A stretch of DNA of 17,458 bases from an uncultured Arcobacteraceae bacterium (GTDB taxonomy: Bacteria > Campylobacterota > Campylobacteria > Campylobacterales > Arcobacteraceae): contig CAXHZO010000028.1 of assembly GCA_964022095.1 (NCBI GenBank), forward strand, positions 1-17,458, given 5' to 3'. Below, piece after piece: positions 8,500-17,406 of the stretch. The position numbers and the translations under genes are program-made. Below the pieces are notes generated by a model that worked only from the letters and a program-made list of their open reading frames with translations, was not told the DNA's origin and searched no databases. Numbering within the stretch: the stretch's first letter is position 1; each line of letters starts with the position of its first letter.

Positions 8500-9287
8500 G
8501 AGTAGATTTACACAATCACACAACATTATGTAATCATGCAGAAGGTAGTGTTGATGAATATATAAATAAGGCAATTGAAGTTGGAATTGATATTTATGGT
8601 TTTGCCGATCATGCTCCAATGAATTATGACCCAAAATATAGAATGACATTAGAAGAAAAGAAAATTTATGATAACTGGATAATTGAAGCTAAGCAGAAAT
8701 ATAAAAGCCAGATTAAAATTCTTCACGCATATGAAGTAGATTATTTAGATGGGTTTATATTAGACGAGGTAATTAATAGTGATATTGACTATTTAATTGG
8801 CTCAGTACATTTTTTAAAAAATAAAGATGATATGTGGGGGTTTGATAATCCAGAATTCATTGGAGTTTATAAATCAAAAGATATTGATACAATATGGAGT
8901 GAATATTTTGATGCTATAAAAGCAATGGCTAATACTAATTTATTTGATATAGTTGGGCATTTAGATTTAATCAAAGTATTTAAATTTCTACCAAAAAAAG
9001 ATATTAGACTATTAGCTAGTGATGCATTAAAAGCGATAAAAAAAGCAAATTTAACTTTAGAAATAAATGCAGCAGGACTTAGAAAACCTATTAAAGAAAC
9101 TTACCCTTCAAAAATACTTTTAGAAGAAGCATATTCTTTGGATATTCCAATTACATTCTCTTCTGATGCTCACAGCGTTGAGCAAATTGGATTTAAATAT
9201 GATGAGTGTGTAGCTTTAGCAAAAGAAATAGGCTATACAAAATGTATGACTTTTGATAAAAGAGACAAAGAACTAGTTACTTTTTAA
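8496..9287 (+). CDS. PHP-domain phosphoesterase, histidinol-phosphatase (HisJ/HisK) family
   Basis: Metal-binding motifs DLHNHT..CNHA, DHAP, YEVDY, IGSVH, GHLD, EINAAGLRK and SDAH. Confidence 0.85.
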   Translation: MRVDLHNHTTLCNHAEGSVDEYINKAIEVGIDIYGFADHAPMNYDPKYRMTLEEKKIYDNWIIEAKQKYKSQIKILHAYEVDYLDGFILDEVINSDIDYLIGSVHFLKNKDDMWGFDNPEFIGVYKSKDIDTIWSEYFDAIKAMANTNLFDIVGHLDLIKVFKFLPKKDIRLLASDALKAIKKANLTLEINAAGLRKPIKETYPSKILLEEAYSLDIPITFSSDAHSVEQIGFKYDECVALAKEIGYTKCMTFDKRDKELVTF

Positions 9288-9325
9288 ACAGTAGCTTATA
9301 GACAATTGTTACTTTTTTGATTAGT

Positions 9326-9342
9326 TGTATATTTTATATACA
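9326..9342. promoter_or_regulatory. Inverted repeat upstream of the glnA promoter (candidate transcription-factor site)
   Basis: TGTATA-TTTTA-TATACA, 17 bp, centred about 40 nt upstream of the -10 box. Confidence 0.4.
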
Positions 9343-9370
9343 GGCATTATATTTCTTTTTATTTGATTTT

Positions 9371-9401
9371 TGATACAATGTATTCAAATAATTTCAAGGA
9401 G
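9371..9401 (+). promoter_or_regulatory. glnA extended -10 promoter and RBS
   Basis: TGaTACAAT at 9371-9379 preceded by T-tracts; AAGGAG at 9396-9401, 8 nt before the ATG. Confidence 0.65.
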
Positions 9402-9409
9402 TCAAACCT

Positions 9410-10837
9410 ATGGGTAAATTTGTTAATAATACTGATGAATTTTTTAAATTTTGTGAGGAAAATGAAGTAAAATTTGTAGATTTTAGATTTACAGATATGA
9501 AAGGAATGTGGCATCACATTTCATATATGATGAGTGCTGTTACTGAAGACCAATTAAAACTTGGTATGCCTTTTGATGGTTCATCTGTTGATGCATGGCA
9601 ACCAATTAATAAATCAGATATGCTTTTAAAGCCAGATGTAGGAACAACTTTCTTAGATCCTTTTACTGCTGATTCAACAGTTATCATGTTTTGTGATGTT
9701 TATGACATCTATAAAGGTGAAATGTATGAAAAATGTCCAAGATCTATTGCTAAAAAAGCATTAACTCATTTATCTGAGTCTGGTGTTGGTGATGCTGCAT
9801 ACTTTGGACCTGAAAATGAATTCTTTATTTTTGATGATGTTAAGATTGTTGATGAAATCAATGAATCTTACTACAAAGTAGATTCAGATGAAGGTTGTTG
9901 GTCAGATGCTACTGATTATGAAGGTGGAAATATGGGTCATAGACCTAGAACTAAAGGTGGTTATTTCCCTGCACAACCAACAGACTCAATGGTTGACTTA
10001 AGAGCTGAAATGATGTTAGTTTTAGAACAAGTTGGATTAGAAGTAATTTTAGGACACCATGAAGTTGCACAAGCACAAGGTGAAATTGGTATTGTATTTG
10101 GAGATTTAATTGAAGCTGCAGATAACGTACAAAAATACAAATATGTATGTAAAATGGTTGCACACTTAAATGGTAAATCTTGTACATTTATTCCAAAACC
10201 ATTATATGGTGATAATGGAAATGGTATGCACGTACACCAATCAATTTGGAAAGATGGTAAAAACTTATTCTACTCAGAAGGTGAATATGGAAACTTATCA
10301 GAAACTGCAAGACATTACATTGGTGGTGTATTTAAACATGCTAGATCAGTTGCAGCATTTACAAATGCATCAACTAACTCTTATAAAAGATTAGTTCCAG
10401 GATTTGAAGCACCTTCAATCTTAACATACTCTTCTCAAAATAGATCTGCATCTTGTAGAATCCCTTATGGTGCGGGTGAAAAAGCAACAAGAATTGAAAT
10501 GAGATTCCCAGATTCAACTGCTTGTCCTTACTTAGCATTCGCTGCAATGTTAATGGCTGGATTAGATGGTATCAAAAATAAATATGAGCCTGTTGGTCCA
10601 ATGGATGACGATTTATTCGAATTACCTTTAGATGAAATTAGAGAGAGAAAAATTCCTCAAATGCCTCATACTTTAAGAGGTTCATTAGAAGCATTAATTA
10701 GAGATAACGAATTCTTACAACCAGTATTCTCTGAAGATATGATTGATACATATCAACACTACAAATTTGAAACTCAAGTTTGGCCTTACGAAGCTAGACC
10801 AACTGCATTTGAATTTGCATCAACTTATTCTTGTTAA
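9410..10837 (+). CDS. glnA: Type I glutamine synthetase
   Basis: Motifs [56 protein letters not shown] and RIEMRFPD. Confidence 0.98.
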   Translation: MGKFVNNTDEFFKFCEENEVKFVDFRFTDMKGMWHHISYMMSAVTEDQLKLGMPFDGSSVDAWQPINKSDMLLKPDVGTTFLDPFTADSTVIMFCDVYDIYKGEMYEKCPRSIAKKALTHLSESGVGDAAYFGPENEFFIFDDVKIVDEINESYYKVDSDEGCWSDATDYEGGNMGHRPRTKGGYFPAQPTDSMVDLRAEMMLVLEQVGLEVILGHHEVAQAQGEIGIVFGDLIEAADNVQKYKYVCKMVAHLNGKSCTFIPKPLYGDNGNGMHVHQSIWKDGKNLFYSEGEYGNLSETARHYIGGVFKHARSVAAFTNASTNSYKRLVPGFEAPSILTYSSQNRSASCRIPYGAGEKATRIEMRFPDSTACPYLAFAAMLMAGLDGIKNKYEPVGPMDDDLFELPLDEIRERKIPQMPHTLRGSLEALIRDNEFLQPVFSEDMIDTYQHYKFETQVWPYEARPTAFEFASTYSC

Positions 10838-10855
10838 TAACAAGAGTAAACAAAT

Positions 10856-10892
10856 AAAAAAGGGGAAGATAATTATATCTTCCCCTTTTTTT
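10856..10892. terminator. Bidirectional intrinsic terminator between glnA and PBP1A
   Basis: AAAAAAGGGGAAGATA-ATTA-TATCTTCCCCTTTTTTT: perfect stem with an A-tract on one side and a T-tract on the other, between convergent genes. Confidence 0.92.
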
Positions 10893-10913
10893 ATATCTAT
10901 TAAAAAAATAATT

Positions 10914-12872
10914 TTAAAATTCCATTACTTCTTCACTTGGATTTTCAGGAACAATCTCAATCTCAATTTCAGGTAAAGGTGATTTCTCTGTATAGTATTC
11001 AGTTTTTCCATTAATATTAGATACAAAAACTTTTGAAGGTTTAGTAAATGTTCTTGGAATTTCAGGATGAATTGCTAAATACTCTTTAAAGAAATATGAG
11101 AATGCAGGAGCTGCAATTTTACCACCTGTTTCTGTTTTTCTCATTGGTCTATTATTATCTTTACCAAACCATATTATTGTTTGTATAGATGGAGAATATC
11201 CTGCAAACCATGCATCTACATTATTATTAGTAGTTCCTGTTTTACCAGCTAACTGAATTCCAGAAACTCTTGCTCTTCTTGCTGTTCCTTTTTCAACTAC
11301 ATCTTTTAATATAGATGTAATTAAATATGTTTGTTCAGGTTGATCTACTTCTTTATATTGAGGTTCAAAGATTACACTTTTCCCTTCATTATTTATGATT
11401 TGTTCTATTATATATGGCTTTACTTGAACTCCATTATTTGAAAATACACTAAAATATTCACTGAACTCTAATGGTGATACACTCATAGTTCCAAGTGTAA
11501 TTGATAAATCATTAGGAATAGTCTCAAACCCATAGTTCTTTAAACTATCTCTTACTATATCTATCCCTGTATCAGTAACAAGGTTAATAGTAGAAAGGTT
11601 TCTAGAGAACATTAATGATTCTCTTAATGATAATAAGCCTTTAAAATTTCCACCATAGTTTTTAGGTTGCCATCTTTTATTTTTACCATTTACACTGTAG
11701 CTATAGGTTCTTGAAATATCAGCTAATTCACTTGCTGGATTTAAGCCTTCATTTAATCCAATTTGATATAAAAATGGTTTTATAGCACTACCTGGTTGTC
11801 TTTGTGATTGTACAGCTCTATTAAACATTGATTTTTTATAATCAATTCCCCCAACTAATGAAAGAATTTTTCCCGTACCACTTTCAATAGATACCAATGC
11901 ACCATTTAAATCATTTACATATTTGTCATTTGAGTCTTTAAAAGATTTATCTCTTTTTAATGCTTGCTCATAAGAATGAAGTAATGCTTTTTTACCAATT
12001 TCTTGAGCATCTAAATCAATAGTTAAATGTATTTTATATCCACCATATTTTATATCAGGAATATCATCTTTTAAAAGTTTAGTCACATAATCAATAATAT
12101 ATGGGGCTTTATTTTGAGTTAAAGTTTGATTGAAAATCTCAGGAGTCTCTTTTATTGCAACTTCATATTGCTCTTTATTTATCCAACCTAATGTATTAAG
12201 TCTACTTACAACTTGATTTGCCCTAGCAAGTGAAATTTTTAAGTTTTTTGTAGGATCATAAAAACTTGGAGCTCTTGGAAGACCTACTAGTATTGCAATC
12301 TCTTTTAAAGATAGTTCATATAAGTCTTTATTAAAATAACCCCTTGCAGCAGTTTTTACACCATAGTATCCATGTCCAAAATAAACATGATTTAAATATC
12401 TTTCTAATATCTCTTCTTTTGTTAAAATTGTTTCTAGCCTAATTGCAAGTAGGGCTTCTTTTACTTTTCTCATTATCTTTTTTTCTCTAGTTAATACAAT
12501 CATTTTAATTAACTGTTGAGTTAAAGTACTAGCCCCTTCAACAAATGCTCTAGCTTTAATATCTTTTATTATTGCTCTACTTATAGCATCTGGGTTTATT
12601 CCAAAGTGTTCAAAGTACTGTGTATCTTCAATTGCAACTAACCCTTCAATTATTCTTGCAGGAATATCATCATATTTAACGTAATCTCTATTTTCACCTT
12701 GAAATGTGTTAGCTATTAGTTTTCCTTTTTTATCAAAAAACTGAGTAGATTGTTTTGGTGCATAGTTTACAACTTTATCAACATCATGTTTAATTTGATC
12801 GTATAAGTCATAAAGCCATCCTGCAACTGCAAGACATATAATTATCATTAGTCCAATTAAATATTTCAACAT
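10914..12872 (-). CDS. mrcA: Class A bifunctional penicillin-binding protein 1A
   Basis: Transglycosylase motifs EDTQYFEHFG, GASTLTQQL, RKVKE and LERYLN; transpeptidase QPGSAIKP, SRN and KTGT; N-terminal TM. Confidence 0.93.
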   Translation of the reverse strand: MLKYLIGLMIIICLAVAGWLYDLYDQIKHDVDKVVNYAPKQSTQFFDKKGKLIANTFQGENRDYVKYDDIPARIIEGLVAIEDTQYFEHFGINPDAISRAIIKDIKARAFVEGASTLTQQLIKMIVLTREKKIMRKVKEALLAIRLETILTKEEILERYLNHVYFGHGYYGVKTAARGYFNKDLYELSLKEIAILVGLPRAPSFYDPTKNLKISLARANQVVSRLNTLGWINKEQYEVAIKETPEIFNQTLTQNKAPYIIDYVTKLLKDDIPDIKYGGYKIHLTIDLDAQEIGKKALLHSYEQALKRDKSFKDSNDKYVNDLNGALVSIESGTGKILSLVGGIDYKKSMFNRAVQSQRQPGSAIKPFLYQIGLNEGLNPASELADISRTYSYSVNGKNKRWQPKNYGGNFKGLLSLRESLMFSRNLSTINLVTDTGIDIVRDSLKNYGFETIPNDLSITLGTMSVSPLEFSEYFSVFSNNGVQVKPYIIEQIINNEGKSVIFEPQYKEVDQPEQTYLITSILKDVVEKGTARRARVSGIQLAGKTGTTNNNVDAWFAGYSPSIQTIIWFGKDNNRPMRKTETGGKIAAPAFSYFFKEYLAIHPEIPRTFTKPSKVFVSNINGKTEYYTEKSPLPEIEIEIVPENPSEEVMEF

Positions 12873-12873
12873 T

Positions 12874-13569
12874 TTATTTCCTAAATTCTTTATTTTTAAA
12901 AGATGAATTTATTAATATATTTGTATATTCCTCTTTTGGATTACTTAATACATCTTTTGTTAATCCTGTTTCAATAATCTTACCTTTTTTAATGATAATT
13001 ATATTTTTACAGATTTCTTTTATTGATTCAATATCATGGGTTACAAATAATATTAATATATTAAGAGTATTTTTTAAATGATTAATTAAATCAATAATAT
13101 TGTTTTTATTCTCTATATCAAGTGCTGTGGTTGGTTCATCAAGTAATAATATTTTAACATCTTTACTAATTGCAATTGCAATAACAACTCTTTGAATTTG
13201 TCCACCACTTAATTGACTAGGAAATTTATTTAATACCGTTTCATCTAGATCAACAAGATTAAGTGCTTCAATTTTTCTTTTTTCATCACAGAAAAACTGT
13301 TTAGATATTTTTGTCATTGGTGATAGTGATGTAAATGGATTTTGAGGAATGAATCCAATTGTATTAGTATTTAATTCAAAATTAGAATTAAAACTTTTTT
13401 CTACTAATAAGTTATTAGGTAAAAGATTTAAAAGTGCTTTTAATGTTAAAGATTTACCACTTCCACTTTCACCTATTAAAGCAGTTGAATCTTTAATATT
13501 AAAAGATATATCTAATAAGTTATTCTCTTTTGTATCAATTTTTAATTTTTTAATATCAAGATTCAGCAT
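12874..13569 (-). CDS. ABC transporter ATP-binding protein, peptide/nickel (DppD/OppD/NikD-like) family
   Basis: Walker A GESGSGKS, Q-loop PQNPFTSLSP, signature LSGGQ, Walker B LLLDEPTTALD, H-loop VTHD and C-terminal NPKEEYT. Confidence 0.88.
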   Translation of the reverse strand: MLNLDIKKLKIDTKENNLLDISFNIKDSTALIGESGSGKSLTLKALLNLLPNNLLVEKSFNSNFELNTNTIGFIPQNPFTSLSPMTKISKQFFCDEKRKIEALNLVDLDETVLNKFPSQLSGGQIQRVVIAIAISKDVKILLLDEPTTALDIENKNNIIDLINHLKNTLNILILFVTHDIESIKEICKNIIIIKKGKIIETGLTKDVLSNPKEEYTNILINSSFKNKEFRK

Positions 13570-13575
13570 AACTAT

Positions 13576-15051
13576 TTATATTAAAGTTTCATCCATTTCT
13601 TTAGGAATTTCTAGTTCCATTAGTTTTAAAACAGTAGGAGCAATATTGTTTAAGCTTCCTGTTTTTACTTCATTAACTTTAGGTGACATAATAAAACAAT
13701 AAACGTCTCCTACTGTGTGATTTGTTAAAGTATTTCCATCTTCATCTTTCATCATTTCACAATTACCATGATCTGATGTTAAAATTAAGTTATACCCTTT
13801 ATCTTTTGCTTTTTGTATTATAAGGCCAAGTTCACTATCAACAGCTTCAACTGCTTTAACTGCAGCATCAAATACTCCTGTATGCCCAACCATATCTCCA
13901 TTTGCAAAATTAACTACTATAAAGTCAGTTTCTTCATCCATAGCTTTTCTAACCGTCTCTCCAACTTCTGGAGCACTCATTTGAGGCTTCTCATCATATG
14001 TTGCAACATTTGGAGAAGGAATTAAAACTCTACTTTCATTTAATACAGGCTCTTCTACTCCTCCGTTAAAAAAGAATGTTACATGTGCATACTTTTCTGT
14101 TTCAGCAGTATGAAGTTGATTTAACCCAGCATTCGATATTATTTCAGCTAGAGTGTTTTTAGGTGTTTCTTTAGGAAAAATCACTGGTAAAGGAGTATTC
14201 TTATCATATTGTGTCATTGTTGCAATATTAATATTTTTGTTAATAGTTTCAAACTCACTAAAGTCTTTTTTTGCAAAAACTGAAGATATCTCTCTCATTC
14301 TATCACTTCTAAAGTTACAAAAAATTATTCCATCATTGTCTTCAATACCATTATAACCTTCAAAGGCAGTTGGCACAATAAACTCATCAAAAACATCTTC
14401 TTTGTATGAATCTTTAATATACTCAGTTGCAGATTTAGTTGTTTTAGGATTTGCAAATGCAATACAGTTGTAACCTTTTTCAACTCTATCCCATCTGTTA
14501 TCTCTATCCATTGTGTAGTATCTTCCTGCTACTGTTGCAATTTTAATATCTTCATCACATATGTTTACTACTTGTTGTATATACTTATTAGCACAATCAG
14601 GAGCAACATCTCTACCATCTGTAATCATATGAATGAAAACTTTTTTATTGTTACTTTTAGCAATTTTAGCTAATCCAATAATATGATTAATATGAGAGTG
14701 CACTCCTCCATCACTTAATAGTCCAACTAAATGAATATTATTGGATTTTTTAAAAGTATCATTTATAATTTCATTTTTTTCTAAGCTATTATCTTCTAGT
14801 GCTAAATTAATTTTTACTAAATCTTGGTATAAAACTCTACCACTTCCAATTGTCATATGTCCTACTTCACTATTTCCCATTTGACCATTTGGTAAACCTA
14901 CATAATTTCCATAAGTATGAATAAGTGAATAAGGAACATTTTGAAATAAATTATCATATGTTGGAGTATTTGCTGTAGCAAATGCATTAAAATTATCTGA
15001 TTCGTTATGACCTATTCCATCAGTAATTACTAGTATTGTCTTATTTGACAT
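13576..15051 (-). CDS. gpmI: 2,3-bisphosphoglycerate-independent phosphoglycerate mutase
   Basis: Motifs GQMGNSEVGH, SDGGVHSH, DGRDV, GRYYTMDRD, NFRSDR, AETEKYAHVTFF, DMVGHTG and SDHGN. Confidence 0.97.
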   Translation of the reverse strand: MSNKTILVITDGIGHNESDNFNAFATANTPTYDNLFQNVPYSLIHTYGNYVGLPNGQMGNSEVGHMTIGSGRVLYQDLVKINLALEDNSLEKNEIINDTFKKSNNIHLVGLLSDGGVHSHINHIIGLAKIAKSNNKKVFIHMITDGRDVAPDCANKYIQQVVNICDEDIKIATVAGRYYTMDRDNRWDRVEKGYNCIAFANPKTTKSATEYIKDSYKEDVFDEFIVPTAFEGYNGIEDNDGIIFCNFRSDRMREISSVFAKKDFSEFETINKNINIATMTQYDKNTPLPVIFPKETPKNTLAEIISNAGLNQLHTAETEKYAHVTFFFNGGVEEPVLNESRVLIPSPNVATYDEKPQMSAPEVGETVRKAMDEETDFIVVNFANGDMVGHTGVFDAAVKAVEAVDSELGLIIQKAKDKGYNLILTSDHGNCEMMKDEDGNTLTNHTVGDVYCFIMSPKVNEVKTGSLNNIAPTVLKLMELEIPKEMDETLI

Positions 15052-15077
15052 AATTTAAACCTTTTTACAACTGTTTT

Positions 15078-15103
15078 ATTATATAATCGCGGTGATTATA
15101 TCA
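15078..15103. promoter_or_regulatory. Paired -10 boxes for divergent gpmI and mraY
   Basis: + strand TATAAT at 15082-15087; minus strand extended TGaTATAAT at 15103-15095; ATTATATAAT palindrome at 15078-15087. Confidence 0.6.
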
Positions 15104-15119
15104 AAATGAAGGTTTAAGT

Positions 15120-16181
15120 TTGTTTTATTGGTTATATAGACATCTAGATATTAATATATTTCAATATATTTCAGTTAGAGCAGGGGTTAGTTTTTTTATT
15201 GCATTTGTATTGACAATGTATCTAATGCCAAAATTTGTAAAATGGGCTAAAGGGAAAAAAGCTTCTCAACCTATTTATGAACATGCGCCCCAATCACATC
15301 AAGAAAAAGTAGGAACACCAACTATGGGCGGAGTGGTATTTATATTTGCAACTATTGTAGCTACTATATTAACTGCAAAACTTAACAACTTTTATGTAGT
15401 CGGAGGATTACTTACTTTAGGATTGTTTTCACTTATTGGTATACAAGATGATTACTCTAAAATCTCAAAAGCAAAAAATTCAGCAGGATTAAGTGCTAGA
15501 GCTAAACTATTATTACAGTTTATTTGTGCAGCTGTAATTGCTGGCATTTTATATATGTATGGACATACAACAGATCTTTTTACACCATTTTATAAATTTC
15601 CATTATTTGAAATGGGAATTTATGGAATCGTATTTTGGATGTTGGTGATTGTAGCTACTTCAAATGCCGTTAATTTAACAGATGGTTTAGATGGATTAGC
15701 AACAGTTCCATCAATAATGGCATTTTTTACTTTATCTGCTTTAGTATATGTTACTGGCCATGCAGTATTTTCTTCATATTTACTATTACCTAATATTCAA
15801 ATAGCAGGGGAACTTGTGATAATGGGTGCAGCAATAATAGGTGCTTTAATAGCCTTTTTATGGTTTAATTCTCATCCTGCAGAAGTTTTCATGGGTGACT
15901 CAGGCTCTTTACCTTTAGGAGCTTTTATGGGATATATGGCAATTGTTGCAAAATCTGAAATTTTATTAATTGCAATTGGATTTATTTTTGTACTTGAAAC
16001 AGTATCTGTTATTTTACAAGTAGGTTCATATAAACTTAGACAAAAAAGAGTATTTTTAATGGCTCCAATTCATCATCACTTTGAACAAAAGGGATGGAAA
16101 GAAAATAAGATTATTGTTAGATTTTGGATTATTGCATTTATGACTAACTTATTCGCTTTATTAAGCTTAAAAATCAGATAA
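15120..16181 (+). CDS. mraY: Phospho-MurNAc-pentapeptide transferase
   Basis: Motifs [29 protein letters not shown] and [12 protein letters not shown] start with AAGG RBS at 15109-15112. Confidence 0.97.
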   Translation: MFYWLYRHLDINIFQYISVRAGVSFFIAFVLTMYLMPKFVKWAKGKKASQPIYEHAPQSHQEKVGTPTMGGVVFIFATIVATILTAKLNNFYVVGGLLTLGLFSLIGIQDDYSKISKAKNSAGLSARAKLLLQFICAAVIAGILYMYGHTTDLFTPFYKFPLFEMGIYGIVFWMLVIVATSNAVNLTDGLDGLATVPSIMAFFTLSALVYVTGHAVFSSYLLLPNIQIAGELVIMGAAIIGALIAFLWFNSHPAEVFMGDSGSLPLGAFMGYMAIVAKSEILLIAIGFIFVLETVSVILQVGSYKLRQKRVFLMAPIHHHFEQKGWKENKIIVRFWIIAFMTNLFALLSLKIR

Positions 16182-16191
16182 AGAATCCATA

Positions 16192-17364
16192 ATGAATAGA
16201 GATGATAAACAAATAAGAATACTTGGCAAGGGAGTAACTGCACTTGCTTTAAAAGATAGATTTCCAAATGCATTGTTATATGATGATAGTGACTTTGATA
16301 AGTATGATTTAAATAGCAATGAACTAACAGTAGTAAGTCCTGGAATTCCACCTTTTAATAAGATGGTTAAAGAATCAAACAATTTAGTAAGTGATTATGA
16401 TTTATTTTATGATGAAATGCCACTATCCGTTTGGATAACTGGAACAAATGGAAAAACTACTACAACTCAGATGTGTCAACACATATTACAAGAATATGAT
16501 AGTGTATGTGGAGGTAATATAGGAACACCTTTAAGTCATTTAGATAATAAAAAGAAAATTTGGATTTTAGAAACATCATCTTTTACTTTACATTATACAA
16601 ATAAAGCTAAACCTAATATATTTATTCTCTTGCCTATATCTGAAGATCATATTTCATGGCATGGTACTTTTGATGAGTATAAACAAGCTAAACTAAAACC
16701 ATTAAAGTTAATGGAAGAGAATGACATTGCAATTATTCCAAAAGAGTTTGAAAATATTGATACTAATGCACATAAAATTGTTTATAAAAATAGTGATGAT
16801 TTGTGTAAAGAGTTTAATATTAATAAAGAAGGTTTGGTATTTAAAGAACCATTTTTGCTAGATTCAATCTTAGCACTTGCAACTAAAAAGATATTATTTG
16901 ATGAGGTTGATTATGAAATGATTAATAGTTTTGTAATTGATAAACATAAGGTAGAAGAGTTCTTCGATAGTAAAAAAAGATTATGGATAGATGATAGTAA
17001 AGCAACAAATATAGATGCTACTATTAATGCTTTAACTCCATATAGAAAAAAAGATATACATATAATATTAGGTGGCGATGATAAAGGTGCAAATCTAAGA
17101 CCACTTTTTGAAAGTATAAAAGAGCTAAATATTTATGTTTATGCAATAGGTACAAATACAGATAAAATTTTTGACTATTGTAATGAGTATGAAATTGCAG
17201 TTAAAAAATGTAATATTTTAAAAAATGCAGTTGAATTAATTGATAAAAATCTTACAAATGATAGCCTTGGAATCCTGTCTCCAGCGGCTGCCTCACTTGA
17301 TCAGTACAAGTCATATTCACATAGAGGTGAAGAATTTAAAAAATTGGTATCTTATTTAAGGTAG
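16192..17364 (+). CDS. murD: UDP-MurNAc-L-Ala:D-Glu ligase
   Basis: Motifs VSPGIP, ITGTNGKTTT, GGNIGTP, ETSSF, DDSKATN, GGDDKG and LSPAAASLDQY...RGEEF; follows mraY. Confidence 0.95.
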   Translation: MNRDDKQIRILGKGVTALALKDRFPNALLYDDSDFDKYDLNSNELTVVSPGIPPFNKMVKESNNLVSDYDLFYDEMPLSVWITGTNGKTTTTQMCQHILQEYDSVCGGNIGTPLSHLDNKKKIWILETSSFTLHYTNKAKPNIFILLPISEDHISWHGTFDEYKQAKLKPLKLMEENDIAIIPKEFENIDTNAHKIVYKNSDDLCKEFNINKEGLVFKEPFLLDSILALATKKILFDEVDYEMINSFVIDKHKVEEFFDSKKRLWIDDSKATNIDATINALTPYRKKDIHIILGGDDKGANLRPLFESIKELNIYVYAIGTNTDKIFDYCNEYEIAVKKCNILKNAVELIDKNLTNDSLGILSPAAASLDQYKSYSHRGEEFKKLVSYLR

Positions 17365-17382
17365 TATTAATAATCTTATAAG

Positions 17383-17388
17383 TATAAT
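17383..17388 (+). promoter_or_regulatory. -10 box for tRNA-Phe
   Basis: TATAAT 18 nt upstream of the tRNA, followed by the GC-richer discriminator-like TCCAGTCC. Confidence 0.55.
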
Positions 17389-17406
17389 TCCAGTCCGTTT
17401 TAATTT

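Noticed and set aside
8419..8649. 76-aa minus strand ORF
   Set aside because: Antisense to the cyclase/PHP junction with no coding hallmarks.
9951..10976. Short ORFs at 9951-10187 (-), 10170-10394 (+) and 10743-10976 (+)
   Set aside because: Alternative-frame or antisense ORFs within glnA, explained by its codon bias; the last one runs through the terminator.
13349..14356. + strand ORFs at 13349-13702, 13813-14025 and 14153-14356
   Set aside because: Antisense shadows of the ABC ATPase and gpmI.
16076..16382. Minus strand ORFs at 16076-16351 and 16167-16382
   Set aside because: Antisense to mraY/murD with no supporting signals.
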